From Iphione sp. A-MEVVRFRX5 (taxonomy: Eukaryota), in contig OZ320318.1 in NCBI GenBank assembly GCA_976226885.1, positions 55,118,001-55,182,000 of the forward strand: a stretch of DNA of 64,000 bases, given 5' to 3'. The notes beneath the pieces were generated by a model. It had not been told where the DNA came from, did no database searches, and saw only the letters and a program-made list of their open reading frames with translations. The stretch's first letter is position 1; every line of letters starts with the position of its first letter. The position numbers and the translations under genes were made by a program. Positions 1 to 13,900 of this stretch are shown one piece after another.

Positions 1-507
1 AGCTTTCAGTCCAGGGACATCTCCGGACCACAAGACCATGGACCATGTACACATGGATAGGGCTTAGTTCTGAATAGCATCATCTCTTTTTCTGGACTTA
101 CGCATGTGTAGGTCTAGAAAAATATCTTGACACATCTTCTCACCCATTCATGTATATAATATACTGTCTTTGCTTTTACTAATCGGTTAATGTTTTGTGT
201 TACTGGCTGTCGACAACAATGTCTGAGGTGGGGACATATCTTACATGGAGATACTTGTATACAGATCCAACATGGCCGCATAGGAGCGTACCCACAACCT
301 AAACTTGATCCTGAATTCATTCAGTGACGCGTGCGGGTAACCCTAGATTCGTTCGCTTGAGAGACAGTGTAGGACAGAACCAAGGGTTTCCCTAAAAGAC
401 ACGTTCCAGTGTGCAATGCAGTGGTTCTTGTGTCTTTTTCTACTTCCGTCCTCCTGCATACTTCAGGGAACGCACTTTGCACTGAGAGGACAGTAGTTTT
501 GGACTCA

Positions 508-1163
508 GGCCCAGTTTCCATATATCTGGACTTTGTATCTGCACCACAGATATGTGTACCAGGAAAAAAATTACACAATGACTTTTAACATTGATGTTTC
601 CATGTGCACGTGTGTGTGGTGCAGAGACAGAAAATGGACAATAGTTGTTTTTTGTCAGCACCACGCACATGCACGGATGAGAAGGATAGAGATATGGAGG
701 TTTTCAGCTGGATAGACACTGTCTTCATCTGATAGATAATGTGAAATATTTGTAATTTGCATATCATTTGCATAAAAACTTGCCATTTACACCAATTTTG
801 GTGGAATTATTTCAAATCAGCACAAAAAAACTTGCCCTTTTCACAAATGTGGGTGGAATTCCTTCAAAAAGTGCAAAAAGAACTTGTCGTTTACACAGAT
901 TTGGGCAGAATTCCTTCTGACCAGCACAAAAAGCTTGCCATTTACACAGATTTGGGCGTAATTCCTTCTGATCAGCACACTCGCTCTTTCTCTCTCTCTC
1001 ACTCTATTGCTGTCTCTTTCTTCCTCTCTCTCTATCTCTCTTTCTCTCTCCCTCTCTCCGATACACAAGGAAACTGGGTACTTTGTGCTTGTGTGGATAA
1101 CAGCTCATTTTCTGGACCTGACTTGCAGTACAGAAAAATACCTGTGCACATGGAAACTGGGCC
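508..1163. mobile_element. Non-autonomous DNA transposon (PIF/Harbinger-like MITE)
   Basis: Perfect 15-bp inverted repeat AGGCCCAGTTTCCAT (507-521) / ATGGAAACTGGGCCT (1150-1164). Flanks TCA and TAA are near the TWA target of PIF/Harbinger. Internal ~57-bp repeats (~880-980) and a CT-rich tract. Ends resemble the element at 33791-35328. Confidence 0.55.
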
Positions 1164-1720
1164 TAAGGCATCATTTCTAGCAAAGCTTGTTAATTCAAGG
1201 GTGAATTCTTCAAGTGGGACTGACGTCCCAGTGGCAGATAAGACTGGTACCTGACCCAAAGACAGGGCAGGGTACATGAGGTGGAAGTGAAAGGAAGTGG
1301 ACTTCTCTCCTTGAGCCATTGTACTGTTTAGTTCCATGATAATTATTTAGCACTTATTTCAAAGCTAACACATATATTATAATGAAGACACATATAGAGC
1401 TTCCTTTAGATTAAGTGCATATGTCAAAATTATCAGTAGTTTGTTTTCTCCAGGCTTTAGAATTCAAATTAGAACATGCAGAAACTCAATGAATATCACC
1501 CACTCTTGAGACCTCTGTAGTATATTTGCTGAATTAAAACTTTAAGAAAGATTTACAATTCCAGACACTTATTTGATCATTTACGTCAAGGATAATCCTA
1601 AGAATTTTCTACAATGGATACATATGATGCCATTGAAATTGTTTATATTATGGTTGACAACTCTTTGTTTACACCTTGATCGCTGCAAGTTCCAGGATTC
1701 CCCACTTGAAGAATACTCAC

Positions 1721-1937
1721 CGGAGGGGCGAGGTCGAACACCTTGGGGTATAGACTGAACAAAGGAAGGTTTGCAAACGAGGATGGCAGTTCAGGTTAGC
1801 TACAGATAGCCATACACTGGTGGCCGTGGTGGTCTCCTGCTGGGTGCGATGGCCCACCAGATTTGGGAAGGCAGTCGAATTGTAGGGCAGGTTGTGAACA
1901 CAGATGGGTACCTGAATTGGCTGGCATTGTCCAGGCA
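1721..1937 (-). CDS. Frizzled cysteine-rich domain 3, first half (second half not found in window)
   Basis: [31 protein letters not shown]...[17 protein letters not shown]; GTGAGT donor in phase 2. Confidence 0.88.
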
Positions 1938-4900
1938 CTAAAGGAGATCGGAAAGGACGTCATGTAAAGCCACTCAAAATTGAACTAAATTCCGAAAGAA
2001 TCTTTTGCCATTATGCATTTTGGCCAGTTAATACTATAAATGGACTACAATGAACATTAATAAAGGTAGAGTTTCAAATTAGTTCTAGTTTGCAGAGAAT
2101 GCAAACAAATAAGACGATGATGCTCAGCTGAAGGCGTTATTGTAACAGAGCAAAAGAAAAATAGAGGTCTTGGAGGTATCTTACACTAGAGTTAGATGTT
2201 TGATCCACTGCTAGCGGAAATCAAGTTTATTTAAGCAGGAAGAAAGGATTGATTGCCTACCTTGGACCTGGCGATCAACACAGACATTCATCGATGAAGA
2301 CGGCAAGCTTTCTTGTAGCGGATCACATTCCCACGCACTTGGCCATTCGAATGCCTCTCCAAAACGTGGGGCACATGTACTTCTGCTCTCCTCGCAGAGA
2401 TGTCTGCACGGCTCCCGCCTTGAAAGATGGGTAAAGGTTCAGTATTGCTGAATTAATATTACTGAAATACTTTTACTATATTAGTACACATCTTTGTTCT
2501 TGGTAATCAAATGGTAGGGTTTCTAATATACAGTTAAAAGCCTCTAATCAGGACACACTTGGTTCTGACCCAAAGTGTCCCTATTTGAGACATGTCCCCA
2601 TTAGAGACTTCATTTAATATAGACAAGCGCCTTTTGCGCCTGCACTGGTTGGTTCGAGTGTGTGTAGTGTGGTAGTGTGTAGTGTGGGCCACATATGTCA
2701 GCTCCCATGGCCGGACTACTTTCAGGCAACGTTTTATATAGGTAGTGTAAACAGATAGGACCAGCTCCTTCCAAAAGTTTCCCATTAGAGACATGTCCCT
2801 ATTGGCAAAGAGTCCCTAAGGTGGCTTTCCACTGTCCATGTAATTAATGTAGAATGGTTATATAGATTAATAATGTCAGTGAAATTCGGTGAGGAGTAAA
2901 AAAGGCATTCTCAATAGACATAGATCTAAGGCTTTTATTATCAAAACATTGCTCCTGAAGAAGGTAGTCTAACTATCCGGAACGTTGAGCTATAACATCA
3001 GAAATAAAACCACACTTATCAACTGGACTCCTGATATTGGGTTTTGATTGATCTACATTCACATTAGTTTTTATTATTTGCTGGTCAGCTTTGAGAAAAC
3101 TGAACAGTTCGGTTTCAAATCACCACTTATGATTATTTTGCAAAAACAAGTTTCCGCATAATAAATTATTTAGTGATATTTTTACCTGAGCACTGTGTCC
3201 TCATTCTGCCGGCAGCCTGGTAGTAGGAGTGAACAGACGAACAGACCAAAATCCTCAAAGTGACAATCGCTAATTAGATCGAACCAGTCGTTTTTACTCA
3301 GGGCTTCCCTTACATCGTCTTGTGTGCGGTGACCAAGGCGGTTTGGCAGGACGGCCCTGCTGTACGGTAGCACATCCAGGCACTGGTTGACGTTGATCAC
3401 CTCACAGCGCGACACATCAATTGCTAGAGAAAACGTAGCAGAGATGGCTGCTTCAGATAATCAAAAAGACAATGGGCCTGTCAAGCTGGTGGGGGCAATG
3501 CAGACGAGAGAATTGAAAAGAAAGAGTATCTAAGGAGATCTGTGCGCCTTCATCAGTGTTCTTTTGTCGGGGTCTGAAGCTATGCATGCTCTTGGATCAG
3601 ACGTAAGATTTCTTCATGCATTGTGTCAGGGATCAATTCGTGTTGTGCATACCCTAGATAAAGCTGGTGAGCAAAGTCCATGAAAAACATGCAATTATGA
3701 AATTCGAAAGTAAGATAAAGTGTTCCTGCAATAGGGCCGACATAATTTAGATGACAGGTGCAATGGATTCGTGCATTTTGTACAAAAAAAACACCCGGTT
3801 CTTCCCCTTCACCGGAGGACCTGACCTGAGTCGATGGGTCAAGGGCAGAATTACTGACTTTATGTCCAAAAGTAATACCAAGTATTTAAGTACTATTCTA
3901 ATTCCAAGTACAACGGATCTTACTACAGACCACTATATCTGAGCCTCTGTGAAAAAATGATGAAATTTAGCAAATCCACTCACGAATAACAGAAGTGCAA
4001 AAGGTAACAGGTCACAGAAGACATGCAGAAGATGACCGAAAAGTTGGATTGAGTAATGCTATTTAGTGATATGTTATGGTAATGTTACTACTACTAATTA
4101 ATTTAATAAATCACATAAATAGGCTGTATTTATTTTTTATGATTAGTTGTCAGATAAACATTTACATTAAAAACGTTTATTCAATTTAATGAGACGTTTC
4201 CCGGGAGATTTTGAACATACAATTTATGATTTATGACAGGTATAGTGCTCAGATAACCGTTTTCAATCCTTGATTAATAGTAACCTGGTGATCCAGGGTT
4301 GCTTGTCCCCATGGTAGTTTCTGGTTTTGAGATGGTGGTACCTAGTAACAAAAATCACAATAGTATTTAGTTCTCAGCCAAGATGTGCCCTCTTTGTGAA
4401 GTTATCTTCTCTTTCTTTTCATATCTCTTGTTGATTTATTTCAGTGTTAATATTTTGGATTCTAAAGTCTCTCACATTCGCATACTTACTTTCCGATCCA
4501 CAGTCCACTGTTACGGTGTCTTCCGGACGGCAGCTGTGGTAACCCCACGATCCACGGGGACAGTCTCGCAGATTCGACTCATCCCCGCGGCACAACACGT
4601 GAGTCAGCCAAATAGGACCGGTACCGGGACCAAACATGTTGTTTTCCGAACGCCTCGCTCCATTCTGACTAGAATATTTTCAGAAATGTGCACACGATTA
4701 CCAGATTCCTACATATGACGTCATATTGCAAAGCTATACTACCTGAATTTGTTTGTTTAAATGTCATTGGAACGTCACCAATGAGAAATGGTGTAAACAG
4801 AAGAACCTAGAAACCGAGGACATCCGAGATTGGATGCCCCTGGACTGGACCGGCACTTGACACTTTTACCTGGAACAACTTCTTCTTCGGGCTACACGGT

Positions 4901-7900
4901 ACAATCCCAGACTGTGGACACCCTCCAAATGGGGACATTTTCTTTGGCAACCAAGGGCGTCACCAATTCTACAGAGTTTCTCCTGTTTATTTTGTACAAA
5001 AGGGATGAAAGGGAATTGATGAATCGATTTCGGGAACTTACTTTCAAAATATATATACTTATTTCTCTCCTAAACAACCTTTAACGAATACTTGCTATGC
5101 ACACTGTTTGTGTTCCGGCTAAATTTATGTCTATCATCAGAGGAAGCTTAAAATATACGCACGTAAAACCGAGAGATCTACAGGCCACTTGAGCACTATT
5201 GTCGTCGAACCCGTCGATACAGATGGTACCCCACCGGCCAGCATAAAACACCTCCAAGCGGCCTGCTCTTGAACTAGGCCCATCGACAAGACGGAACTGG
5301 ACTTGGCTATCTAAAAAGAACATTGTACTGTGTTTATGACCAGGTCGTTTGTGAAACTCGTTCTTTCATCTGTCATCAATTAGAGACGGATCATATTCAG
5401 CGAAATTGCTAATGTCCTGGGTGACTTTGCACACTTTGTATTTTACAAAGGGAAAGAACATTCATATCTATATAAAAATTCTTAAAACACACACTAAGGC
5501 TGGATATCCATGTATGCATGTCGGCGTGTGTGTCTGTGTATGAGTGTGTCAGGGCCTATTTCTGTTAATCCAATAATCCCAATATGCACACCGTGGTGCA
5601 TATGCCTGTAATAATGAATATTCCCAAAATACATGCCACAAACATGGACGGACATGGGCCATGTAGTGTGGAAAATGGAACATTTCCCATTTTTTGAACA
5701 TGCGCATAGCTATGCACAGCCATGCATGGACATGCTTACATGGGTACTCTCCTCCTGTAAGTCATTGTTCCCAAAAAAATATTCACTGAAACATGCACGG
5801 ACAGCCACAGAGACACAGGTGCATGCAAACCCTCCCTATACTTTGAAATACTAAAATATCACAAAAATCTTATTTTAAAAATCAAGAATGAGCATAAACA
5901 GCTTCCAATCACCCCATTCGGAGACCAAGCTCGACACCAGTCAACTTTAGAGCGGAAATGTCTATGAAAGGAGGTTATTTAAGATATGGTATTTGATATT
6001 CACGTCCCGGGCATTCTAATTTATTCCCTGGAGACTTTATAATAGTCTATCTACCATCTACTAAAGCGCACGTCACAGCCACGTCATCCTCGTGACGGCA
6101 GTTGTGTATGTTCCAGCCATCGTGGCTGCACTGGGCCAGGTTGGACTCAGATCCCGAGCATGTCACCCAGTCAAGCAGAATAGGGACGCTATCGTTCACT
6201 CTTCCAAAGTTGTTGAATATGACGTCGGCTTCTGACGTGTCGCTGGAATAGGCGATGTGCATAGGGAACATAGTACAGTTTGGCATATCTTTAAAAGCGA
6301 CCATGTATACATGGAGATAAAAGATACAATCATATGATAAAATATGCAGTCACTTAAATATTTGCTATCTAACACACAGGTCCGACCACTTCTATAATTA
6401 ACTTTATAATTAACATTTTCAAAAGTTGTCGTCAAATGAATGGTACATCAGCATGACTGCTACTGGAAAAGAGGAAATGGCTTGAGTGTTTCTATGTTGT
6501 GATCGAATTAAATCATGTTGGTGCAATTTACCACTGTTGCATGGATATTGACCTCTCACAAATTCAGCCATCTTAGGGTCTTATGTAACTATATCAACAA
6601 GTAACCGGATTGCTGCAGGTTCATAGATGTGTACAGGTAGATCCTCCCTCTGATGTACGCAGACCTCTCCTTGTCACCAGTAAACCTTTCCTTACCATGC
6701 CATCACAAGTTGAACCGAAAGGTCTTGTGTACAAGACTTGTAGAGGATTTAAGCCCGACTTACTTGAATCCCCTTGAACGGCAGACTACTTGTGCTTCTT
6801 CCTTTCTGAAGCCGTCACTACAGACTGTACCCCAGACGCCATTATAGAAAACGTCTACACGACCCTGCGAAGTGAGAGGACTTCCGGACAGGCGGGTTGG
6901 GACAAAGCCTGCAATGATAAGGCAAAAACGTAATTACATTTGCAATTTGTTTTGTCCTGTATGGAGGCCATTTGCTTTATATGACAAGTTGATTAGTATG
7001 GTGTGGGTAGCCTCGCCAACGGTAGCATGATCTAAAGAGCAAAAGAGTTTTGAACAGTCCTAGAACTCCTTAGGCATTTATTGTCCGCTTGCACTTCCCT
7101 GCTTGTCTTTCTTCAGCTATCAGGTTATTTTCAGCTAAGCGGAACTGGTACAAAGATTACCGACACCCCCCTTGCCTTATTTAGCGGTTCGGGTTTCATC
7201 TTTACTGATGTGAATGAACAACAAAGATGACATACCTGTGGTAGTTGTTTCCATTACTGAGGTTGTAGTCTGAATTGGCGTAGATTGCACAGGTGACACG
7301 GTTGTTGCTTTTGACAAAAAATACGAGGTACTAGTTTTTAATAATGTTGTTTACATATATATTTATATATATGATTCCATATTGAAAGGACAATTACGTG
7401 TGTTTATTTTGTATTCGTGTTGGACTGACTTGCCCTTAATACATTCTAAAATTGTAGAATAATTTCATAAACTGCTTCTCTCGCAGAATATGGGTCCAGT
7501 TATGTGCGGTGTCTACATCTATCTACTGAATGCCATGTCAACAGTGAAGTATGCCTTGATTGCTTACTTGACGGCCCAGGACCGCACGACAGGACGACGT
7601 CATTGCTATGGCGGCAGAGGCCTGAGTCACCCCATTGAGCATGCAGACAGTCGGCCAGCGACCCCTCCTTCCCACTGCATTGAACATCGCGCAGCCAGAT
7701 CCTGCCAACCCCAGCCCAGCTATAGCCATTACCCAGAATGCGCGCAGGACCACTGTTAACGAGAATGTGTGAGGGGTGTAAGAAAATTGTTTTTTGAACA
7801 AAGCAATTTACTCATTGCAAAGGGAAAACCTACTGTTTGAACCCATACTCTAGCTGTGATATCCATATTTAATACTAATGGACATGGCTTTCTTGTATTA

Positions 7901-10900
7901 AGTACAAAGGGAAACTTACTAGCTCGCATTAATTGTACGACAAGCTACCTCAGCATCAACCTGACCGAATTCTCGGTCACACACAGTTCCCCAGCTGCCG
8001 TTATGGAACACTTCCAGTCTCCCCTCCAGGGGGTGGGAGCCGTCAGAAAGACGGGCTTCAAGTGGCGCTGTAACAAGGGAAAAATATCATATCTATAGTC
8101 CTTGAAATGAACTTTGATGAGCCTTAGAATAAATACTGTGAATATAAATAATAACATGTAAAATACGTTTGGCTCTACCATTTGTTCTTCTTACACTTGG
8201 AACTACATATAATATTGACTGACATCAATAAGAGATAACGACATCAAGATTACCCAAAGGACACAAAGGTTAAAACAAGAGAAAAAAGAACGAAGGAGTG
8301 AAGGAAAGACGAAGTTCCTGAGAGGGTATCTTACGCGAAGGTGACTTTCTAATTGGGAAGTAGGGAACAAGTGAACAAGGCGTCTTAGACATGCCGGTAA
8401 CTTCATAGTTTACACAACTCACTTGGCTTTGCAGGGATGTCTACACACTTGATGCCGACATCTTCAAAGTGTGCGCAGTTATGCATCACGAAAGGGCAAG
8501 CGAACACTGACGTTTCATTTCCCTGGCATGCGAGTTCGTCAAGGTGGATGGGTGAATCGTTGTCGCCCTGGACGAAGTCTCCCGTCTCTAATATTGCCGA
8601 GGACCCACTGCAAGCAAGATTGCCGCCCAGTGAACAGGAAATGGCTATAAAGGTTTTAAGGATGGATTTCATCTATGAAATACAATGTACTGAATTGTAC
8701 CCTGACGAAAATCTTACAATAAATGCATTGCTCGGACTAAGCCAGAATTGTACGTGTATATAACATGTAATTATTTTTAAGATTATATTTATGAAACATT
8801 GTATTAGGCTTATATATGGATAGTATATTGTATATCTTTCAATGAGTGAATGCTTGCGAAAAGGGATTGTTAGAGCATTTAGCTCCAACCCTTTCCACCG
8901 GCACCGCAGTCTGCCACCTTCCACCTGATTCCACCCATACTCACCCGGATCCGTTGTGGTTCCATCACTACCCACGAATTTCATCCAGGAATTGAGAATA
9001 CTGACACAAGTTTATTTACTTAACCTATATAAGGAAATGGTTTTTCCTTTGACTTATAGATTTAGTCTGTCTTACCACATTAGGCCTATGCCACTGACAT
9101 AAGCAATAAGTCCTGGAGGGACAAATTTGGAATTCCTTTTATTTCACTATATCAGCTCTTGAGCTTAGAAAAAATTCCCTATAATGTCGATCAATATTTT
9201 TCACCGTTGAATCGGATCTGGCTGAATTGATCACGAAACAAACGTAATTGGTTTGCAATGTACCAAAGGAAGGAAAACCAGATACAATAGAATACACTTA
9301 CTTAAAACCAAGCATGCGGCAAAGCACCATTGCATCGTTGGTATCAAAGTTGTCGTTACAGACAGTCCCCCAACTCCCTTCTAGGAATACTTCAATGCGT
9401 CCTTGATTTGGAGCTGACTCGACCAGTCGGGCTCTTGGTGATACTGTAATATTGATTGAGGAAGACTTTGTACCATGTGTTCGATGCGATAGCAAAAGGT
9501 ATACTTACACATAGAAGTTAACAAACTGTTTCTAGCAAAACTTTGTACATAGTGACTTCCTTGCTAATTATCAACGTCAATAAAATGCTATTACGACAGA
9601 AACTACAGAAATGTTATCTGTTACTATGGTCTACAGGAAGCAGAACCTGGGCTGGTGACTTACACACCATACACGGTTATATTCTCATCTTTAATGCAGA
9701 GGAATAAGTTTAGTTTCTCATCTGAAGAGACGCATTCACTAGCCGATAAGCCTTTTCAAATTTAAAATCATACGGTACAATTTTATTTGCTTCATTACGT
9801 TCAGGGGGGGACGATTAACGCCATGAACCATCAAATCTCTAATTTCACTATATTTTAACAAATGTCTCAATGACCGACAAACAACGGTATGACATGGAAA
9901 ACGGGTCTGCTACATGTATTTGGAATTTCGTGACAAAACATGAAGGATCTGAATAGTTACAAAAGATTCATGACAACACACGTTCCAGCAGGAAGGTTTC
10001 AGTTAGTTATGTCCTATTTGTAAACGGTCTTTGTATATTGATGCGGTAATTACAGATATATCTCTCTTGATGAAGTAGATGTAGTGCATAACACTACAGA
10101 TTTATCTTGCTGTAATGAACAGGATGCATTAATCGAGTGGTATCACAAGTTAGCTCCAACTATATATGATTTCATTTCCATCTAAGGAATCATGTGGAAG
10201 TGTTCTCCAAAGTCAAGATAGGGATGAGAGGGGGGGGGGATACAGGATTTCCAGTGTTTTTTCCCACTGCTATATATGTATGAAGTAGCTTCCTTATTAG
10301 AAATGTACATGTACCTGTATTGAAACGATATACAAATATGTGGAACATAAATGTACAAATCCATTACATACCACAGTCAATAGCTATGGTCTCCTCTCTT
10401 GTGCACTTGCTGGTAATCCATTCACCATCAAGGCAAAGAGTCTTATTACTGCAGGTGACACCGATTGTTATCTGCTTGTTCGTAATGAAGCTTATGGCTG
10501 AGAGGCGCCGTGGAGTTGGTTGCCTGTGGCGTACGAAAGACATAGAAAACACAGTTCAGCAAAACGAACATCTCACTTGTTCTGTATTACAGTCAGTCAG
10601 TGATCCTGGATTATTCACTTCCTGCCAACTTGCTATGATGTATACACTAGGCTGAACTACACTTTGCATGAAAAGTTATCGTAATAAATGAATCCAAAGA
10701 TCGAGCTCGTTTATAACAAGCAGATTATAAACAGATATTACCTTTTAAATCAATTAATATCCCCAAAACAGTTTTATAGACAAAATATCAATGTCCTTGT
10801 AGCTTGTCAAAACATGAGAAATATACTGCCTTGCACTTAACATCTTCAAAATATTACTATTGCTCCAATACCTTTTGCCCAGACCAACATAAAGTATATA

Positions 10901-13900
10901 AAACTGGTTTCGTCAACACCTGAACTGACAACGCCCATCCTTTCCATATGAGGTGTATTTCGTGGTAAACCGTTAAAAGTTTTTTTTAGCTAAACTATGA
11001 TAAATGACATTCGGTGAAATAATTCATTTTAAATGTTTTCGGTAATAGAGAAAATTCAGCAAACAGGACTTCGGCTAGCACCGGCGGACTTGAGAAAACA
11101 AAAGCTAACAAAAGTGCATGTCTACTTAGAAGTTACCACTTCAACACCCAAGCCGACTAACTTTAATCTGCATGGTTTTACCGTGTGAAATGTCTCACTG
11201 AATAATAGAAAAAGATATGCTAAAAATGATATTCAGGAAATACATCAACAAAAAATGAATGCCAGCTTAAATTATCATTTACACAAACATTGGTGAAGAT
11301 TGGCGTTTTGTTTGAAAAATTTAATTTGTATACCTCAAAAAAAATGTGGATGCATATGACTGTGGTGTGGATATGTCAATGGCCTACATAGTTCACTTCA
11401 ATATATGGTATGTACGCAGACCTTTTCTCACGAACCTGATTCCAATTAGAGAGCAAATAGTGGATGCATCAGACGTAGAGACATCATTTGCGCACACCTG
11501 AGTCCAGTTGCCATCTACCAGGGCTTCAAGTAAACCTTCGGCGTAGTCACTCCCATTGGACAGACGCCATACAACATCTGTAGGTCTTGCTGTGCGACCC
11601 AATAAGAAGAGTGATGAAATAAAATAAGATAACATTTTGCCAAATACTGCAAAATGTGAGAAGTGCGAGATCATTTCTTACATTTCAATATACAGGTGCA
11701 TACATAAAGAGACCAAGTATCTCCCAATGAATAGGTATAAAGTGATCTCAGTCTATTTTTTTGTACAAGAACAACGTTTACCCTACAGCATTTTGGCCTT
11801 GTATATTTATAACCATACCCAATGTTGTCTGATATTACTAACTATTATCTAATATTATCTAACAGGATAAACTGATATGTTGATGAAGGCATGATGGCAG
11901 AAGTAGCAGCTGAGATGGTGTTTGACTGTTAAATGGACAAATTGATAGAATGTTCACAGTAGTACATTATAATTCACTGCCTTAATCTGATCGCCTTTGC
12001 CTCAGCATTACCTGTAAATGAAGCCGGTGTAGTGGAGGAAGAGAGAGGCGTTGTAGTCGTGGAGACCGTGGATTCTGTTGTACTGCTAGCTACATTGCAG
12101 AGAAGCAATAAGTAATCTTATTACATAATCAACATTATTTAAACTATATTTGTAAGTGCTGTCAAAGTTATATGTTGTCTATAAGGTGTCTATAAGATCA
12201 CATGTAAATACTGCATGTGCTGTGACTATGTACAAACAAAAGGCATGACATATTCACTTAAGGTTTGATGTGATACTTTATTGTACTAAACTGTTTAGCT
12301 TAGTGTACACACTGTTTATTGAGAGACGAGGTTCCGATGGACAATCTATAGCAGTAAGATAGACTCATGACTATTGTTACCCAGTTACTTACAGTGGTGC
12401 ATAGTACTACAACTATCGTTTTTCTTGTACTTTCCGTCCGTGTTCGGACGAAGAACTTTGTGACAACACATGCAAAGATTCCGAATAAAAGATTATTCTA
12501 TTCTATTTCTATTCTATATTTAAACTGATGAAGGTAAACAGCATTGTTCTTTTCCTATATTAAAGTATGAGTACGTGTATATATCCACAGAAATATGGGA
12601 AATACATCCCCCCAAAATATTTTCTTAGGTTACTGATTAATGTTAACCTTAGGACCCCTCATATAGTTTTATTACAATACAAAAAGACTTCCCTTTAGTA
12701 ATGCATCACAGACGCATTGCGAATAAACAAAATACTAGGAGGATGAAAAAAAATGTGGTGAGAGCCACCTCATAGAGAAAAGTAGCCCTGTGTGGTATCT
12801 CTTGCAGCTAGCTCGAAATAGGGGAATCTGACTGTCATAACGTTTCTTAGCTGGTACATGCAGGGGTGCAGCTGTATGAGCATTGTTTTGTTTTACTCTC
12901 CGTTTTGAAACCATTGGATTTAGACAGACTTCCAAGAAACCTGTGCGTACGTCCTTTATGAACTGTTGGATACTTTTTGTAAATGTATTATTATTTTAAT
13001 GGTTTAATCACGTTTCTGATAGACGAAATTGCTATGAAATCTGTGTTTTCTCTATCTATACCTAAAAAAATGTACAAAATTAGTTCCTTTTGTGTTTTTG
13101 ATGAGGAAATAGAGTATGCTCCACAGGCATGCATTCAGTGATGCACGAGTGAATTCTAGCCGCGCCTCATTAACACATTCGATACAGACACAGGGCAACA
13201 CATTCAATACACAGGAATATCCCTTCCTTGCTACATAGGACGTAGGGGGGACGGACGGGGAAGTGAATATTTATATGGAGAGAAATTATGTGCCGTTCAA
13301 CGAGCAACCTAGTGACCAGAAAGCAAAAATCGAAAATTCTATCGCGCGTCGTTTCACTTACTCGTGGTCATCAAGCGACAAGATAATGCAACTTGATTTG
13401 CAGGTGTACAATAGGCAGATCCCCAAGGATTATGCCTACAAACTGCAATACTGACTTCAGATCCAGTACATTGCACACGGTCAAGCCAAGGGTCAGCCAT
13501 GGAAACACTGAAAGCGTCATTCTGAACGATTCTGACTTGACCTGTATCACTGTCAGAGGGAAAACAAATTTATACAAACTAGATTAATTTACAATGAAGA
13601 TAACTCTGTTACTTTTCAGGAATACATCAATTTATCATGCAGGTTTGTTGCAATATATTTATGTCCATTATGAAACGTTTCAGGGGTCTGCATTAAAAAC
13701 GAAGGAAAGGCTGCGTCTGTAAGGATGCCAAAGCTATCATAAGAAATACTTGTAAATGCATTTATCGTGTGACATTTCCATTCAACTTCATGCATATGTA
13801 TTGCTAAATATTCCATCGGCATACATTTAAGGATAAATTGTTCTGGCCCCTACCTGTAGTTCAGTGATTTGCATACCACATTAGCATCATTCTGATCAAA

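Noticed and set aside
114-320. Cys-rich ORF as the second half of FZ3 or a protease activation segment
   Set aside because: Cys spacing does not fit Fz-CRD, there is no RIVGG, and no good acceptor/donor pair.
4870-4982. Extra SRCR-like exon (…ENVPIWRV…)
   Set aside because: The frame required by the flanking phase-2 introns hits TAG, and the only open frame is phase 0-2.
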